From an uncultured bacterium (GTDB taxonomy: Bacteria; Abyssobacteria; SURF-5): 15,310 bases of DNA. Each line of letters starts with the position of its first letter. The stretch's first letter is position 1. Where the stretch lies: positions 1 through 15,310 of the forward strand of contig CAZEBC010000093.1 of assembly GCA_964510165.1 (NCBI GenBank). The letters run 5' to 3'. Of the stretch, positions 6,835 through 15,247 are shown piece by piece. A model generated the notes under the pieces. It had not been told where the DNA came from. It did no database searches and worked only from the letters and a program-made list of their open reading frames with translations. The position numbers and the translations under genes were made by a program.

Positions 6835-9374
6835 GCATGTTGCCCTGGATGGTTGCGCATGAACACCGCTGCAACCGATGCCCCGACAGTCGCCAACAAA
6901 GCCATCCCGCTTACGATAGCCCCGATTAGAAGCGAGCGCGGCCGGTACACAAAGCGAACCGTGTGGCTTCCTTCCGTCACTGGGACGGCCCTGAACACAT
7001 GGTTGGCCCTGTATATTTTTTCTTCCACGCCATCCACATAGGCTTTCCAGCCCGGGTAGTAGGTATCGCACAGAACGAGTAGTCCATCGGACGGGGCTAA
7101 AACCTCGATCAGCAATTCGCCATTGAGTTCGTTCTTGATCTCGGCCCCCGCCGTCCGGAGGCGCATACCTGAAGAGAGGCCCTCCGGCTGCTCCTCCAGC
7201 AGCGCCACTCTTCGCAGGTCCACCTCACCACGTGCGAGAGAATTCAACACCGCCTCCTTCGAACCCAGAACGAGATAATCGGAGACGAAGAAGGCGCGCT
7301 CGAAGGCCTCCGTGTTCTCGTGAATTCTGATTTCGTCCTCATATGCCAGCCTCAAGGCCGGCCCCACCAAATTGACTTTGGTGTCCGTCAAGATGTTTTT
7401 CACGCCGGAGAGGTCAATCAACTGGCTTTCCAGCGCCTTGGGATCACTGAAGGCGACGGCCCATCTCTCACGCACCACCGAATCCTCATCCAAGAGTCTC
7501 AGAAAGTCGCTCATGCGGTCGATTACCAGAGGAACATAGCCCTGCGCATCCCTGAGACCGAACGGAAGGCCGGTGTTAAAGGGAAGTATTCGCGAGTTCC
7601 CGAACCGCGCCATGCGGGCATTCCCGAGGTTGTTCTGAAGGAACCGTATGCTGCCAGCCGTGAAATAGGGTTCCCCTTTCTGAATGGGATGGAATCTGAA
7701 ATGAAAGAAGAGCAGTTCAGCGGCACACACGACCGCTGCCAGGACAAAGAACATGTTCGAGCTTATTCTTCTCCTTCCCAAGAGCAAGAGCGCGAATCCG
7801 AAGCAAGCCAGCGTGGCCGCGAAAACCAGCACCGTCTGGACCGTATGGGACCAGAAGAACGCCAACGCCGAAAGAGCAACCTGGTACCCGGCGAGCCGGC
7901 CGAACAGTCCGTTGCCCTGCATGGGCGGCTGTTTAAGGAAATCCGCGTCAACGAATCTCAAGTAACCCATCACACAAAGCAAGAGCACACAGATTCCTGC
8001 CGTCCAGAAACAGGCTTTCTGAATTCGAGCGTGCCCTCTTGAATCCTCGGGAATCGGGTTCCGGATGAGTTGCTCCAGCCCCAGGCTGGCCAGCACAATT
8101 ACTGAAAACATATGGACGAACAAAGCCCGGCCCGGCCACGAGGTCTGGAATCCGGGAATCGCATGGTAAAACAAGGTCAGAGCCGTTCGTGAGAAGATGG
8201 GCAATAGCGCCAGCGCGGCGAGACACACGAAAAACCTCACGAGCTTCTTTCGGTCGGCCTTCAGGCCGATGAGCGCCAGGACGAGTACTATCACCCCAGT
8301 GTACCCGTTCAGTTCCGTAAGGTTCAGCCCCCAATCGGGACTCTCGCGCAGGGCCGCGTTCAAGTGCTGTGCCATTCCCAGGAACCAGAAATCCCCCTCG
8401 ACAGGACTTCCAAAAAACTCGGGCATCAGAAACTGCACCAGCGTCTCGGGCGGGTTGACCAGAGGAAAGAACTCGTTCTGCAGGTCCGCGACGCGGCGAT
8501 ATGAATTCGACAGCAATTCGTAAAAGGGTAGAATCTCGACCGCACACAGCGCCAAGGCGAGTATTCCCGCCCCGCCGAATTCCGCGAAGAAACCCAGGGC
8601 CCTCCGTCTTCCGAGCGCCCTGGCTTCCGTTCCCGCCCGCCAGACTGCGTACAATCCGGCTGCATAGAGAGCATACAACGTAATCTGAAACATCCCCGCC
8701 AGCATGCTCATGCTCATGGCACATGCGAGCAAGAGGACGGCCCTGATTCCTCCTCCCTTCACGAGTTTTTCGACGCCCAGGAACATCAGGGGAAGCCATA
8801 CGACGGCGTCCACAAACGGATGGTACTCGATCCAGACAATGAAGAAGCCGTTGAACATGAAGCACATCGCGCCAAACAGGCACGCGCGACGGCTCAGTCC
8901 AAGCTCCTTCAAATACAGGAACATGAAGAGTCCGGCAAGGAAGGTTCGCGCCATGCCGGAGACCGTGAGCGCAGTCACAAGGTCAGATAATTGATATACC
9001 CAAAAGAACGGATAGAAGAAGCCGGACCCCGTCGCCCCGAGCGGATATCCGCACATGATGTTCGGGGTCCACATCGGGAATACACCCTGGCTGACCGAAT
9101 CACGCGCAAAGGAGTAATATGGGATTGTCAGCGCCAGCGTATCGGAAAGGAGCGGGTTGACAGGCTGCGAAAGTTGCTGTTCGGTGGCCAGGTGACGCCA
9201 GGGCAGATATTGGTAGAGATTCGTCGAGACAAGCGCCCCGCCGCAGAATAGCTGTCTCCAATAGAACAGGCAGGCAAGCAAGAGGATGGCGATACAAGGA
9301 AGAAGATAATCTCTGCTGCGTGTATGCAAACCGGCGGTTTTCCTTGGGAATGACCATCGGACAAGCGATTTCAC
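6831..9374 (-). CDS. YfhO family membrane protein (GT-C type glycosyltransferase)
   Basis: [12 protein letters not shown] and FFYPF N-terminal motifs, multiple TM helices, and the C-terminal [17 protein letters not shown]...[24 protein letters not shown] signature plus a final TM. GTG 9374 (GGAAGA upstream) preferred over TTG 9428, which overlaps the upstream gene. Confidence 0.88.
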   Translation of the reverse strand: MKSLVRWSFPRKTAGLHTRSRDYLLPCIAILLLACLFYWRQLFCGGALVSTNLYQYLPWRHLATEQQLSQPVNPLLSDTLALTIPYYSFARDSVSQGVFPMWTPNIMCGYPLGATGSGFFYPFFWVYQLSDLVTALTVSGMARTFLAGLFMFLYLKELGLSRRACLFGAMCFMFNGFFIVWIEYHPFVDAVVWLPLMFLGVEKLVKGGGIRAVLLLACAMSMSMLAGMFQITLYALYAAGLYAVWRAGTEARALGRRRALGFFAEFGGAGILALALCAVEILPFYELLSNSYRRVADLQNEFFPLVNPPETLVQFLMPEFFGSPVEGDFWFLGMAQHLNAALRESPDWGLNLTELNGYTGVIVLVLALIGLKADRKKLVRFFVCLAALALLPIFSRTALTLFYHAIPGFQTSWPGRALFVHMFSVIVLASLGLEQLIRNPIPEDSRGHARIQKACFWTAGICVLLLCVMGYLRFVDADFLKQPPMQGNGLFGRLAGYQVALSALAFFWSHTVQTVLVFAATLACFGFALLLLGRRRISSNMFFVLAAVVCAAELLFFHFRFHPIQKGEPYFTAGSIRFLQNNLGNARMARFGNSRILPFNTGLPFGLRDAQGYVPLVIDRMSDFLRLLDEDSVVRERWAVAFSDPKALESQLIDLSGVKNILTDTKVNLVGPALRLAYEDEIRIHENTEAFERAFFVSDYLVLGSKEAVLNSLARGEVDLRRVALLEEQPEGLSSGMRLRTAGAEIKNELNGELLIEVLAPSDGLLVLCDTYYPGWKAYVDGVEEKIYRANHVFRAVPVTEGSHTVRFVYRPRSLLIGAIVSGMALLATVGASVAAVFMRNHPGQHA

Positions 9375-9403
9375 GACTGTTCTTCCATCAGAGACCGCAT
9401 GAA

Positions 9404-10042
9404 CTAGTTTGGCGGGGTTCCGAACCAATTCTTGAGTATCTCACGGAGGCGATTGAAGGCAGAATCCGTGCATCGACTTAAACTTACTCTTTTTGCTAGA
9501 TCATAATAGATCGCAGAAGACCTGGGCTTGTTCGTCCTGCAGAGGATCATCTCCATTGCTCTCTTTGGATCGGAGGGTTTGGGATCGTTTTTATTCCAAA
9601 GGTCTTGGGAGACAAGAAAGCTTTTCAAATCTGTTGGTTGGTTTAACCATCCGAGACATTGGGACACCTGTGAAGAGTCGCTCCATACCCACATTTCCAG
9701 TTCGGGCTCGATAACAACCACTTGCGCGCTTTGCCAACCCGTGCGCGTGAGTTGGTCACGGACATGTTGGGCGATTCCCTCGCACGATCCCTCTTGGCCG
9801 CATCCTGCATAATCGAACAGAACCAGTGCATGGTCATATTTGTTGAGATGCAGGCGCAATAGATTGTGTGACTGATGGAAGCATCCTGGGTCATTCTTGC
9901 CCACGAAGGGAACGATGTCGAAAGTCACTTGCCGTATCCCGAGGGCTTCTGGCCGCTCCATCATTCCCCTAACGGCAAATTCCATGTTTCTGTCAGCCAC
10001 TAGAATTATGAGGTCCTTCTTAGGAATTTGGGGCTCGTTCAT
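9404..10042 (-). CDS. MAD4-like / DUF4276-like TOPRIM-related protein, partner of the upstream ATPase
   Basis: Motifs DLIILVADRNME, DPGC, ALVLFD, IEPELEMWVW and KPSDPK; ATGA overlap with the ATPase stop at 10039-10042. Family assignment is from recall. Confidence 0.7.
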   Translation of the reverse strand: MNEPQIPKKDLIILVADRNMEFAVRGMMERPEALGIRQVTFDIVPFVGKNDPGCFHQSHNLLRLHLNKYDHALVLFDYAGCGQEGSCEGIAQHVRDQLTRTGWQSAQVVVIEPELEMWVWSDSSQVSQCLGWLNQPTDLKSFLVSQDLWNKNDPKPSDPKRAMEMILCRTNKPRSSAIYYDLAKRVSLSRCTDSAFNRLREILKNWFGTPPN

Positions 10043-11289
10043 CCCAATATCCCTGAGGCGAAGACATCTCCCAGACTAATTTCTCTCTGCCATTCTTTGA
10101 GATAGGGATGTTCGGCTCCGTTGACGATATCAACTAAGCCGTCCTCGGTCTTCGCGAAACAAAGAAGGTATTCCGGCTCTGTGATGGACAGGAGAATCGG
10201 AGAGTGTGTGGCAAGTAACACCTGCCCGCCATACACGGAAGAGAGGGACTGATAGATCGTTTGAATGGCTTTGGGATGGATACCGTTTTCCGGTTCTTCA
10301 ATCAGGTATATGCCTGGCATCCCAGGAAGATATGCTAAGAGCGTCAATGCCAGCAGCCTGAGAGTCCCATCCGATGTCAACCAAGAGGGTACTCTCAAGC
10401 CATTAGCGTGTTCCATCATAATGTATTTATGTTTATCCTCCGGCCGTTCAATCACTTTAATGTCTCTAACGTCAGGTAAAGCAGTCTGGATATGAGCGAT
10501 CCACTCGCGGAATCGGGGAAAATTCCTTGCCTTCAGGCCTTCAATTACTAATGGCAGGTTTGAGCCATTCGGACTGAACTTGTGAGGGGTTCCCGGCGGA
10601 CACGCTGAGCGCATGGCTTCACTATTGAGAACAAGTATTTGTATGCTATCCTGTAATATCTTCTTAAACCAGGTGGAGACAGGAAATTTTTCCTCGTCCT
10701 CAGGCAGGTTCGCCAGCGCGGACTTCTGAGGTCCCAGCTTGAATGAATGGTCCCACTTTCCGGTTTCGGAGTAGAAATTGTCGTTGCCCTTATATATCTT
10801 GTTCACGAGAGTCTTTCTACCCGATTTGCGACCCGAGTGAACGAGCGACTTCCTTGCGGGAAGCCCGGTTTCCGGAAAGAGCGTACGCTGCCTAAAGACT
10901 TTCTCAGTTGGCCTCAAAAGCGACAGCGTTTCCCAGAGAATTCCCAACTCCTCAACGTAATCCTCCTGCACTCCGATGGCCATTTCATACCGGCAAATGC
11001 CGTACGATTTGTTTTCGAGAAGGGCAACTAGGTTCTCCGGTATCTTGGCCTCTATTGCAAGTTCAAACCTGGTGCCAAACCCCCTCCAAAAAAGGTCTTC
11101 GAAGTTTGGGGCCCGCTTCAAAACGGCGCGAACAGGCCCTTCACGGACGACATCGGCCATGAATCCAATTACATCCAGGAACGTGGACTTACCGCTGGCG
11201 TTTGGGCCGACCAGAACATGAAAAGCCCCCAAATCCTGCTCAATGTCTCTGAGACACTTGTAATTAAGCGCTTCTATCTTAGTGATCAT
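10039..11289 (-). CDS. ABC-type (AAA_21/AbiEii-like) ATPase, MAD3-like, putative defence component
   Basis: N-terminal ITKIEALNYKCL, Walker A GPNASGKST, signature SDGT, Walker B/D-loop YLIEEPENGIHP, H-loop ATHSP; no TM segments. Confidence 0.88.
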   Translation of the reverse strand: MITKIEALNYKCLRDIEQDLGAFHVLVGPNASGKSTFLDVIGFMADVVREGPVRAVLKRAPNFEDLFWRGFGTRFELAIEAKIPENLVALLENKSYGICRYEMAIGVQEDYVEELGILWETLSLLRPTEKVFRQRTLFPETGLPARKSLVHSGRKSGRKTLVNKIYKGNDNFYSETGKWDHSFKLGPQKSALANLPEDEEKFPVSTWFKKILQDSIQILVLNSEAMRSACPPGTPHKFSPNGSNLPLVIEGLKARNFPRFREWIAHIQTALPDVRDIKVIERPEDKHKYIMMEHANGLRVPSWLTSDGTLRLLALTLLAYLPGMPGIYLIEEPENGIHPKAIQTIYQSLSSVYGGQVLLATHSPILLSITEPEYLLCFAKTEDGLVDIVNGAEHPYLKEWQREISLGDVFASGILG

Positions 11290-11348
11290 GTGCCTACGTT
11301 GCAGACGTGATTATTAAACAAATCTGGCTTCCTTTATCTTATCATTAG

Positions 11349-11377
11349 ATTATACGTGATAGCCGGCGGGGAAGCAA
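11349..11377 (-). promoter_or_regulatory. Putative sigma70-type promoter of the ATPase cassette
   Basis: Minus strand TTGCTT (11377-11372), 17-nt spacer, perfect TATAAT (11354-11349). Confidence 0.65.
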
Positions 11378-11390
11378 CAGATCCCGGCCC

Positions 11391-11945
11391 TTACAACTTC
11401 CTCACCAAGAGGTTGCCTTCGCGAACGGCCTTCTTGTTGAGTTCCAGCATGTGTTCGCGGCGGCCTCCCTTGAAATGCTTGCTGAGAGAGCGCTCGAGCA
11501 TGCCTACCGGCACCGATTCGGTCTTGCCGACATACGCCCCGAGAAGCACCATGTTGGCTACCTGCAGGTCTCCGAGTTCCACCGCCTTTTGCGAAGCGGG
11601 GACATGAAAGACCTCGATGTCCGAACGTTCGCCCTTCGCCGAGATGATGGAATCATCGCAGAACAATATGCCCCCGGGCTTCAGTCGCATCTCAAACGTC
11701 GTGAAGGAGGCCGGGTCCATCACGATGGCGTGACGCGGACTGAATATCAGCGGGCTCGGGATGGCCTTGTCGGAGAAGATGACGGTGCATTCGCTCTCGC
11801 CGCCGCGCATCGCCGGCGCGTAATTGGGGAAATACGATACATGCTTGAACAGGTCCATGCCGGCGTCGGCAAGGATGCGTCCGAGCGTGAGAACACCCTT
11901 CCCGCCAAGCCCCGACATCGTGACCTCGAAATATCTGTCCGCCAT
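11391..11945 (-). CDS. 2-oxoacid:ferredoxin oxidoreductase gamma subunit
   Basis: SGLGGKGV, PNYAPAMRGGESEC and ANMVLLGA motifs; RBS AAGGAG. Confidence 0.93.
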   Translation of the reverse strand: MADRYFEVTMSGLGGKGVLTLGRILADAGMDLFKHVSYFPNYAPAMRGGESECTVIFSDKAIPSPLIFSPRHAIVMDPASFTTFEMRLKPGGILFCDDSIISAKGERSDIEVFHVPASQKAVELGDLQVANMVLLGAYVGKTESVPVGMLERSLSKHFKGGRREHMLELNKKAVREGNLLVRKL

Positions 11946-11960
11946 TTGGCTCTCCTTGCG

Positions 11961-12731
11961 TCAATCGAAGATCGAGTCTATGTTCTTGAATTCACCCAGC
12001 GGAAATTCCTCGATCATGTGCTCCTGGATGTACGCCACCGATTCCACCGGGCTCATTCCCCACACCGATGGGCACGCCGAGAGAAACTCCACGAAGCTGT
12101 AGCCCGCACCGTCCATCTGCTTCCTGAATGCGGTCGTCAGCACTTTCTTGGCCTTCCTGAAATTGGCAGGCGTATGAACGCTCACCCGCGCCGAATAAGC
12201 GACGGATTTCATGTATGCCGCCAACTCGGCCCCATGAAAGGGAAACCCGTGCTCAGCCGTCCGACCGTCCTGTGTGGTCGTCGTCTTCATTCCCATCAGC
12301 GTGGTGGGAGCAAGCTGGCCGCCGGTCTGTCCGTAACCGGCGTTGTTCAAGAAGATAGTGGTCAGGTTTTCATTCCTTAAGACAGCACTCAGGAAACAAC
12401 CGAGGCCGATCGCCCCAAGGTCGCCGTCACCCTGGAGCGTGAACACAAGAGCGTCGGGATGGATTCGCTTGATCGCGGTGCCCATGGCCGGCGCTCGCCC
12501 GTGTGGGCATGAAACCCAATCTATGTTTACCGATATCGGCGCGCCCCCGAAGCTGCACCCCACTCCGGCCAGCCCGATCGCCCGACCCGCCAGGTTCGTT
12601 TCCTCGAGAACCTCGCAGATGACGCGCGTGATGATGCCGTAATGGCATCCGGGACAATAGGTGCTCGGAAACACGGTTCGAAGCTCCGGCTTCCCGCACA
12701 CCAACACTTTCTTCTTGTCTGTAGCGCTCAT
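11961..12731 (-). CDS. 2-oxoacid:ferredoxin oxidoreductase beta subunit (TPP-binding)
   Basis: YCPGCHYG, GVGC, HGRAPA, TPP motif QGDGD...NN.GYGQTGGQ, EFLSACP; RBS AGGAG. Confidence 0.95.
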   Translation of the reverse strand: MSATDKKKVLVCGKPELRTVFPSTYCPGCHYGIITRVICEVLEETNLAGRAIGLAGVGCSFGGAPISVNIDWVSCPHGRAPAMGTAIKRIHPDALVFTLQGDGDLGAIGLGCFLSAVLRNENLTTIFLNNAGYGQTGGQLAPTTLMGMKTTTTQDGRTAEHGFPFHGAELAAYMKSVAYSARVSVHTPANFRKAKKVLTTAFRKQMDGAGYSFVEFLSACPSVWGMSPVESVAYIQEHMIEEFPLGEFKNIDSIFD

Positions 12732-12789
12732 GGCTGAAATCCGTTTCTCCTGGTAGCCTGAATCATTGAAGAGTTGGCCCAGCCATCCA

Positions 12790-13872
12790 TTAGCCGGCCA
12801 GTTTCTTTATTTCCTGATACACTCGTTCCGGAAAGATAAGGCCTTGCGGCTGGTCCGAGTTCCGCGCCCACAGGCCAAGATAATGCACGGGCACTTTTCC
12901 CTGAACCACAAGGTCCACGTCCTCCTGCATCTGACCGTTGCTGTCCTCGACGCACAGCACTTTCCCGGCCTTCAGAGCCGCCTCTCGAAGCGCCTCTCCC
13001 GGGTAGGGCCACAGCGTAATCGGGCGGAACAGGCCTACCTTCAGCCCGTCGGCCCGCGCCATCTCCATCGCTTTGGCGCACGTTCGCGCCGTGGACCCAT
13101 AGGCGACCAGCAGCAGCTTCGCATCATTGACGCCGACTGCCTCGTGCCTCTTCTCGGCTTCTTCCACTCTCTTGTATTTCTTCAAGTACGCTTCATGCAT
13201 CGATACCACGCCGCCGTGCGTGAAGAAAGCGACCACGTGCATGTAGCGCATCCCGCCTTTCTTCTCAGACCCTTTGAGCGCCCAGAACTTTTCGGGCAAT
13301 TCTTCATTGAACTCGAGTGTCTTCAGTTCCACGTCCTCGGCCATTTGACCAAGAACGTAATCCGACAGCACGATGCACAGAATCCGATACTTGTCGGCAA
13401 GATGGAAGGCAAGCTGCATCAACTCGTATGCTTCCTGCGGCGACGCGGGCGCCAGCACGATCGCCCGATACCCGCCGTGTCCTCCGCCCTTCACCACGCA
13501 CCGATAGTCGGTCTGGCCCGCCTGGCCGCCGGTACCGATGCCCGGCCCCATGCGCGAGACGTTCACCACGACGCACGGCGCCTCCATCTCGGCTATGTAC
13601 GAGATGCCCTCCTGCATGAGCGCGTAACCGGGACTGGATGTGGAGGTCATCACGCGCGCGCCCGCCAGTCCGCCGGCGTACACCATGTAAATCGAGGAGA
13701 CTTCGCTCTCCGATTGCACGAAGACGCCCCCGACCTTCGGAAGCTCGCGCGACATGAATTCGGGAATATCGTTTTGGGGCGTGATCGGATAGCCGAAGAA
13801 GTGTCTGCATCCCGCGGCAATCGCTCCCCGGGCAACCGCCTCATTGCCCGTGATAAACATTCGCTCTGTCAT
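12790..13872 (-). CDS. vorB: 2-oxoacid:ferredoxin oxidoreductase alpha subunit (VorB-like)
   Basis: GNEAVA, FFGYPITPQ, VQSESE, TSTSSPG..LMQE, KGGGHGGY, LFRPITLWP, VED.NGQM; RBS AGGAG. Substrate specificity is not established. Confidence 0.92.
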   Translation of the reverse strand: MTERMFITGNEAVARGAIAAGCRHFFGYPITPQNDIPEFMSRELPKVGGVFVQSESEVSSIYMVYAGGLAGARVMTSTSSPGYALMQEGISYIAEMEAPCVVVNVSRMGPGIGTGGQAGQTDYRCVVKGGGHGGYRAIVLAPASPQEAYELMQLAFHLADKYRILCIVLSDYVLGQMAEDVELKTLEFNEELPEKFWALKGSEKKGGMRYMHVVAFFTHGGVVSMHEAYLKKYKRVEEAEKRHEAVGVNDAKLLLVAYGSTARTCAKAMEMARADGLKVGLFRPITLWPYPGEALREAALKAGKVLCVEDSNGQMQEDVDLVVQGKVPVHYLGLWARNSDQPQGLIFPERVYQEIKKLAG

Positions 13873-13890
13873 TGCGGTCGTATCTCCTGA

Positions 13891-14121
13891 TTAGTCGCCT
13901 TCCTCGACGAATTTATACACCTCGATTGCGAAATCCGGGCACATACTGCCGCAGGTTCCACAGGCCGAACACTCCTCAACGTTCACAAATTCCGGCAGCA
14001 ACGCGCCCGAGCGCGTGAACTTGTCCTTTGATATCTGAATGCAGCTCTTCGGACAATATTCGACACACAGCGCACACCCCTTGCAGGAATCTTCAAGTAT
14101 GACTATTTCGCCTTTCGCCAT
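13891..14121 (-). CDS. 2[4Fe-4S] ferredoxin-like delta subunit of the oxidoreductase
   Basis: Two CxxCxxCxxxCP motifs (CKGCALCVEYCP, CSACGTCGSMCP); RBS GGAG. Confidence 0.95.
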   Translation of the reverse strand: MAKGEIVILEDSCKGCALCVEYCPKSCIQISKDKFTRSGALLPEFVNVEECSACGTCGSMCPDFAIEVYKFVEEGD

Positions 14122-14147
14122 GGTTCACTCCGTTATTCCTCGTTGAT

Positions 14148-15116
14148 TCAGAAGTTCACGCAAAAATCGGGCTTCTGGCCTTGCGCCAGCCTTCGTATGT
14201 TCCGCGCAACCTGCGCAAAACTGCGCGCGCGCGACTCGACGGTCGAAGTCGCCACGTGCGGAGTCAACACGACATTGTCAAGGGCGAGCAGTTTGTCCTC
14301 CGCGCGCAGCGGTTCCTCCCAGAACACGTCAAGTCCGGCTCCCGCGATTTTTCGCTCCTTCAGCGCCCGAACCAGTCCCTCCCGGTCCACCAATCCGGCG
14401 CGCGCGATGTTTATGAAATACGCGGTTTCCTTCATGCGGCATAGCTGCTCATAGCCGATCATGCGGCGAGTCTCTTCATTCAGCGGACAGTGGAGCGACA
14501 CAAAATCGCTCTCGGTCAGAACCTTATCGATCTGGTCGATGCCGGCGAGGAATTCGACGTCCGGATTGTGTATCTGCTGATGGTATTTGTCAACGGCGAC
14601 GATTCTCATGTCGAAGGATTTGGCCCGTTTGGCCGCTTCCTTGCCGCTATGACCCAGGCCAATAAGCCCGAGCGTCTTGCCGCAGAGTTCCGTCCCTATT
14701 GGCAAGAAGAAGACTCCCTTCCGCAGATTGCTCTGCGCCTCGTTCAATCTGCGCGAGAGCAGCAGCATAAGCGCAATCGTCAACTCACCCATCGAGGTCG
14801 CGCTCCCATACGGCACATTCGCAACATATATGTTCCGTCTGGTCGCGGCCTCGATATCCACGGTGTCGAGTCCTACCCCCGCCTGGTTGATCAGCTTGAG
14901 CCTGGTTGCGGCCTGGATGACCCGCGCGTCTATATCGGAGAGCGCGGGCACTATGACATCGACATCAACCACCTGGTCGATGAGCGATGCCGAATCCGAG
15001 AGAAAAGCCAACTCCACCGGCATCCCCTTCAATTCTTCGTAAAAGGCAAGCAGGGGGCTTGTGCTGGAGGCGCTGGCGGCAGCGGCGCTAGGAACGACGG
15101 CAATCAATACCTTCAT
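14148..15116 (-). CDS. D-isomer-specific 2-hydroxyacid dehydrogenase (NAD-dependent)
   Basis: GVGLDTVD, Rossmann GLGHSG with Asp at VDK, SLHCPL, catalytic Arg (NIAR), Glu (DVFWEEP) and His (TPHVA). ATG 15116 has GGAGGT upstream; the ORF-track start at 15218 falls within the promoter/leader. Confidence 0.93.
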   Translation of the reverse strand: MKVLIAVVPSAAAASASSTSPLLAFYEELKGMPVELAFLSDSASLIDQVVDVDVIVPALSDIDARVIQAATRLKLINQAGVGLDTVDIEAATRRNIYVANVPYGSATSMGELTIALMLLLSRRLNEAQSNLRKGVFFLPIGTELCGKTLGLIGLGHSGKEAAKRAKSFDMRIVAVDKYHQQIHNPDVEFLAGIDQIDKVLTESDFVSLHCPLNEETRRMIGYEQLCRMKETAYFINIARAGLVDREGLVRALKERKIAGAGLDVFWEEPLRAEDKLLALDNVVLTPHVATSTVESRARSFAQVARNIRRLAQGQKPDFCVNF

Positions 15117-15218
15117 TGGACCTCCGACCCCAAGGGTCGAACCGGCTGTGAGCGAAGGATTTCGCAGGAAACTTGATGGATGGGACCGCCAAATCCAACT
15201 ACCATAACTGCGATTCAC

Positions 15219-15247
15219 ATTATAGCATCCGTATTCCCGTTTTTCAA
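15219..15247 (-). promoter_or_regulatory. Near-consensus sigma70-type promoter of the dehydrogenase-oxidoreductase operon
   Basis: Minus strand TTGAAA (15247-15242), 17-nt spacer, TATAAT (15224-15219) with extended TGc. Confidence 0.75.

Noticed and set aside
7948-8883. 311-aa alternative-frame ORF inside yfhO, and 7320..8042 antisense ORF
   Set aside because: The 311-aa frame has Arg/Gly-rich off-frame composition and the other is an antisense shadow; the yfhO frame is uninterrupted, so no frameshift needs invoking.
9375-9428. yfhO start at TTG 9428
   Set aside because: It overlaps the upstream gene by 25 nt with no clear SD; GTG 9374 is more plausible, though the true start remains uncertain.
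11305-11360. ACGTGAT direct repeat (11305-11311, 11354-11360) as a target-site duplication
   Set aside because: Both copies lie on the same side of the cassette, and I found no match at the 9375-9403 boundary.
12766-13890. 374-aa plus-strand ORF (also 11451..12380 and 14490..15176)
   Set aside because: Antisense shadows of well-supported minus-strand genes, expected in GC-rich coding DNA; no recognisable motifs.
15117-15218. 34-aa N-terminal extension of the dehydrogenase from GTG 15218
   Set aside because: That GTG abuts the -10 hexamer, upstream of the expected TSS, and ATG 15116 has a strong SD.
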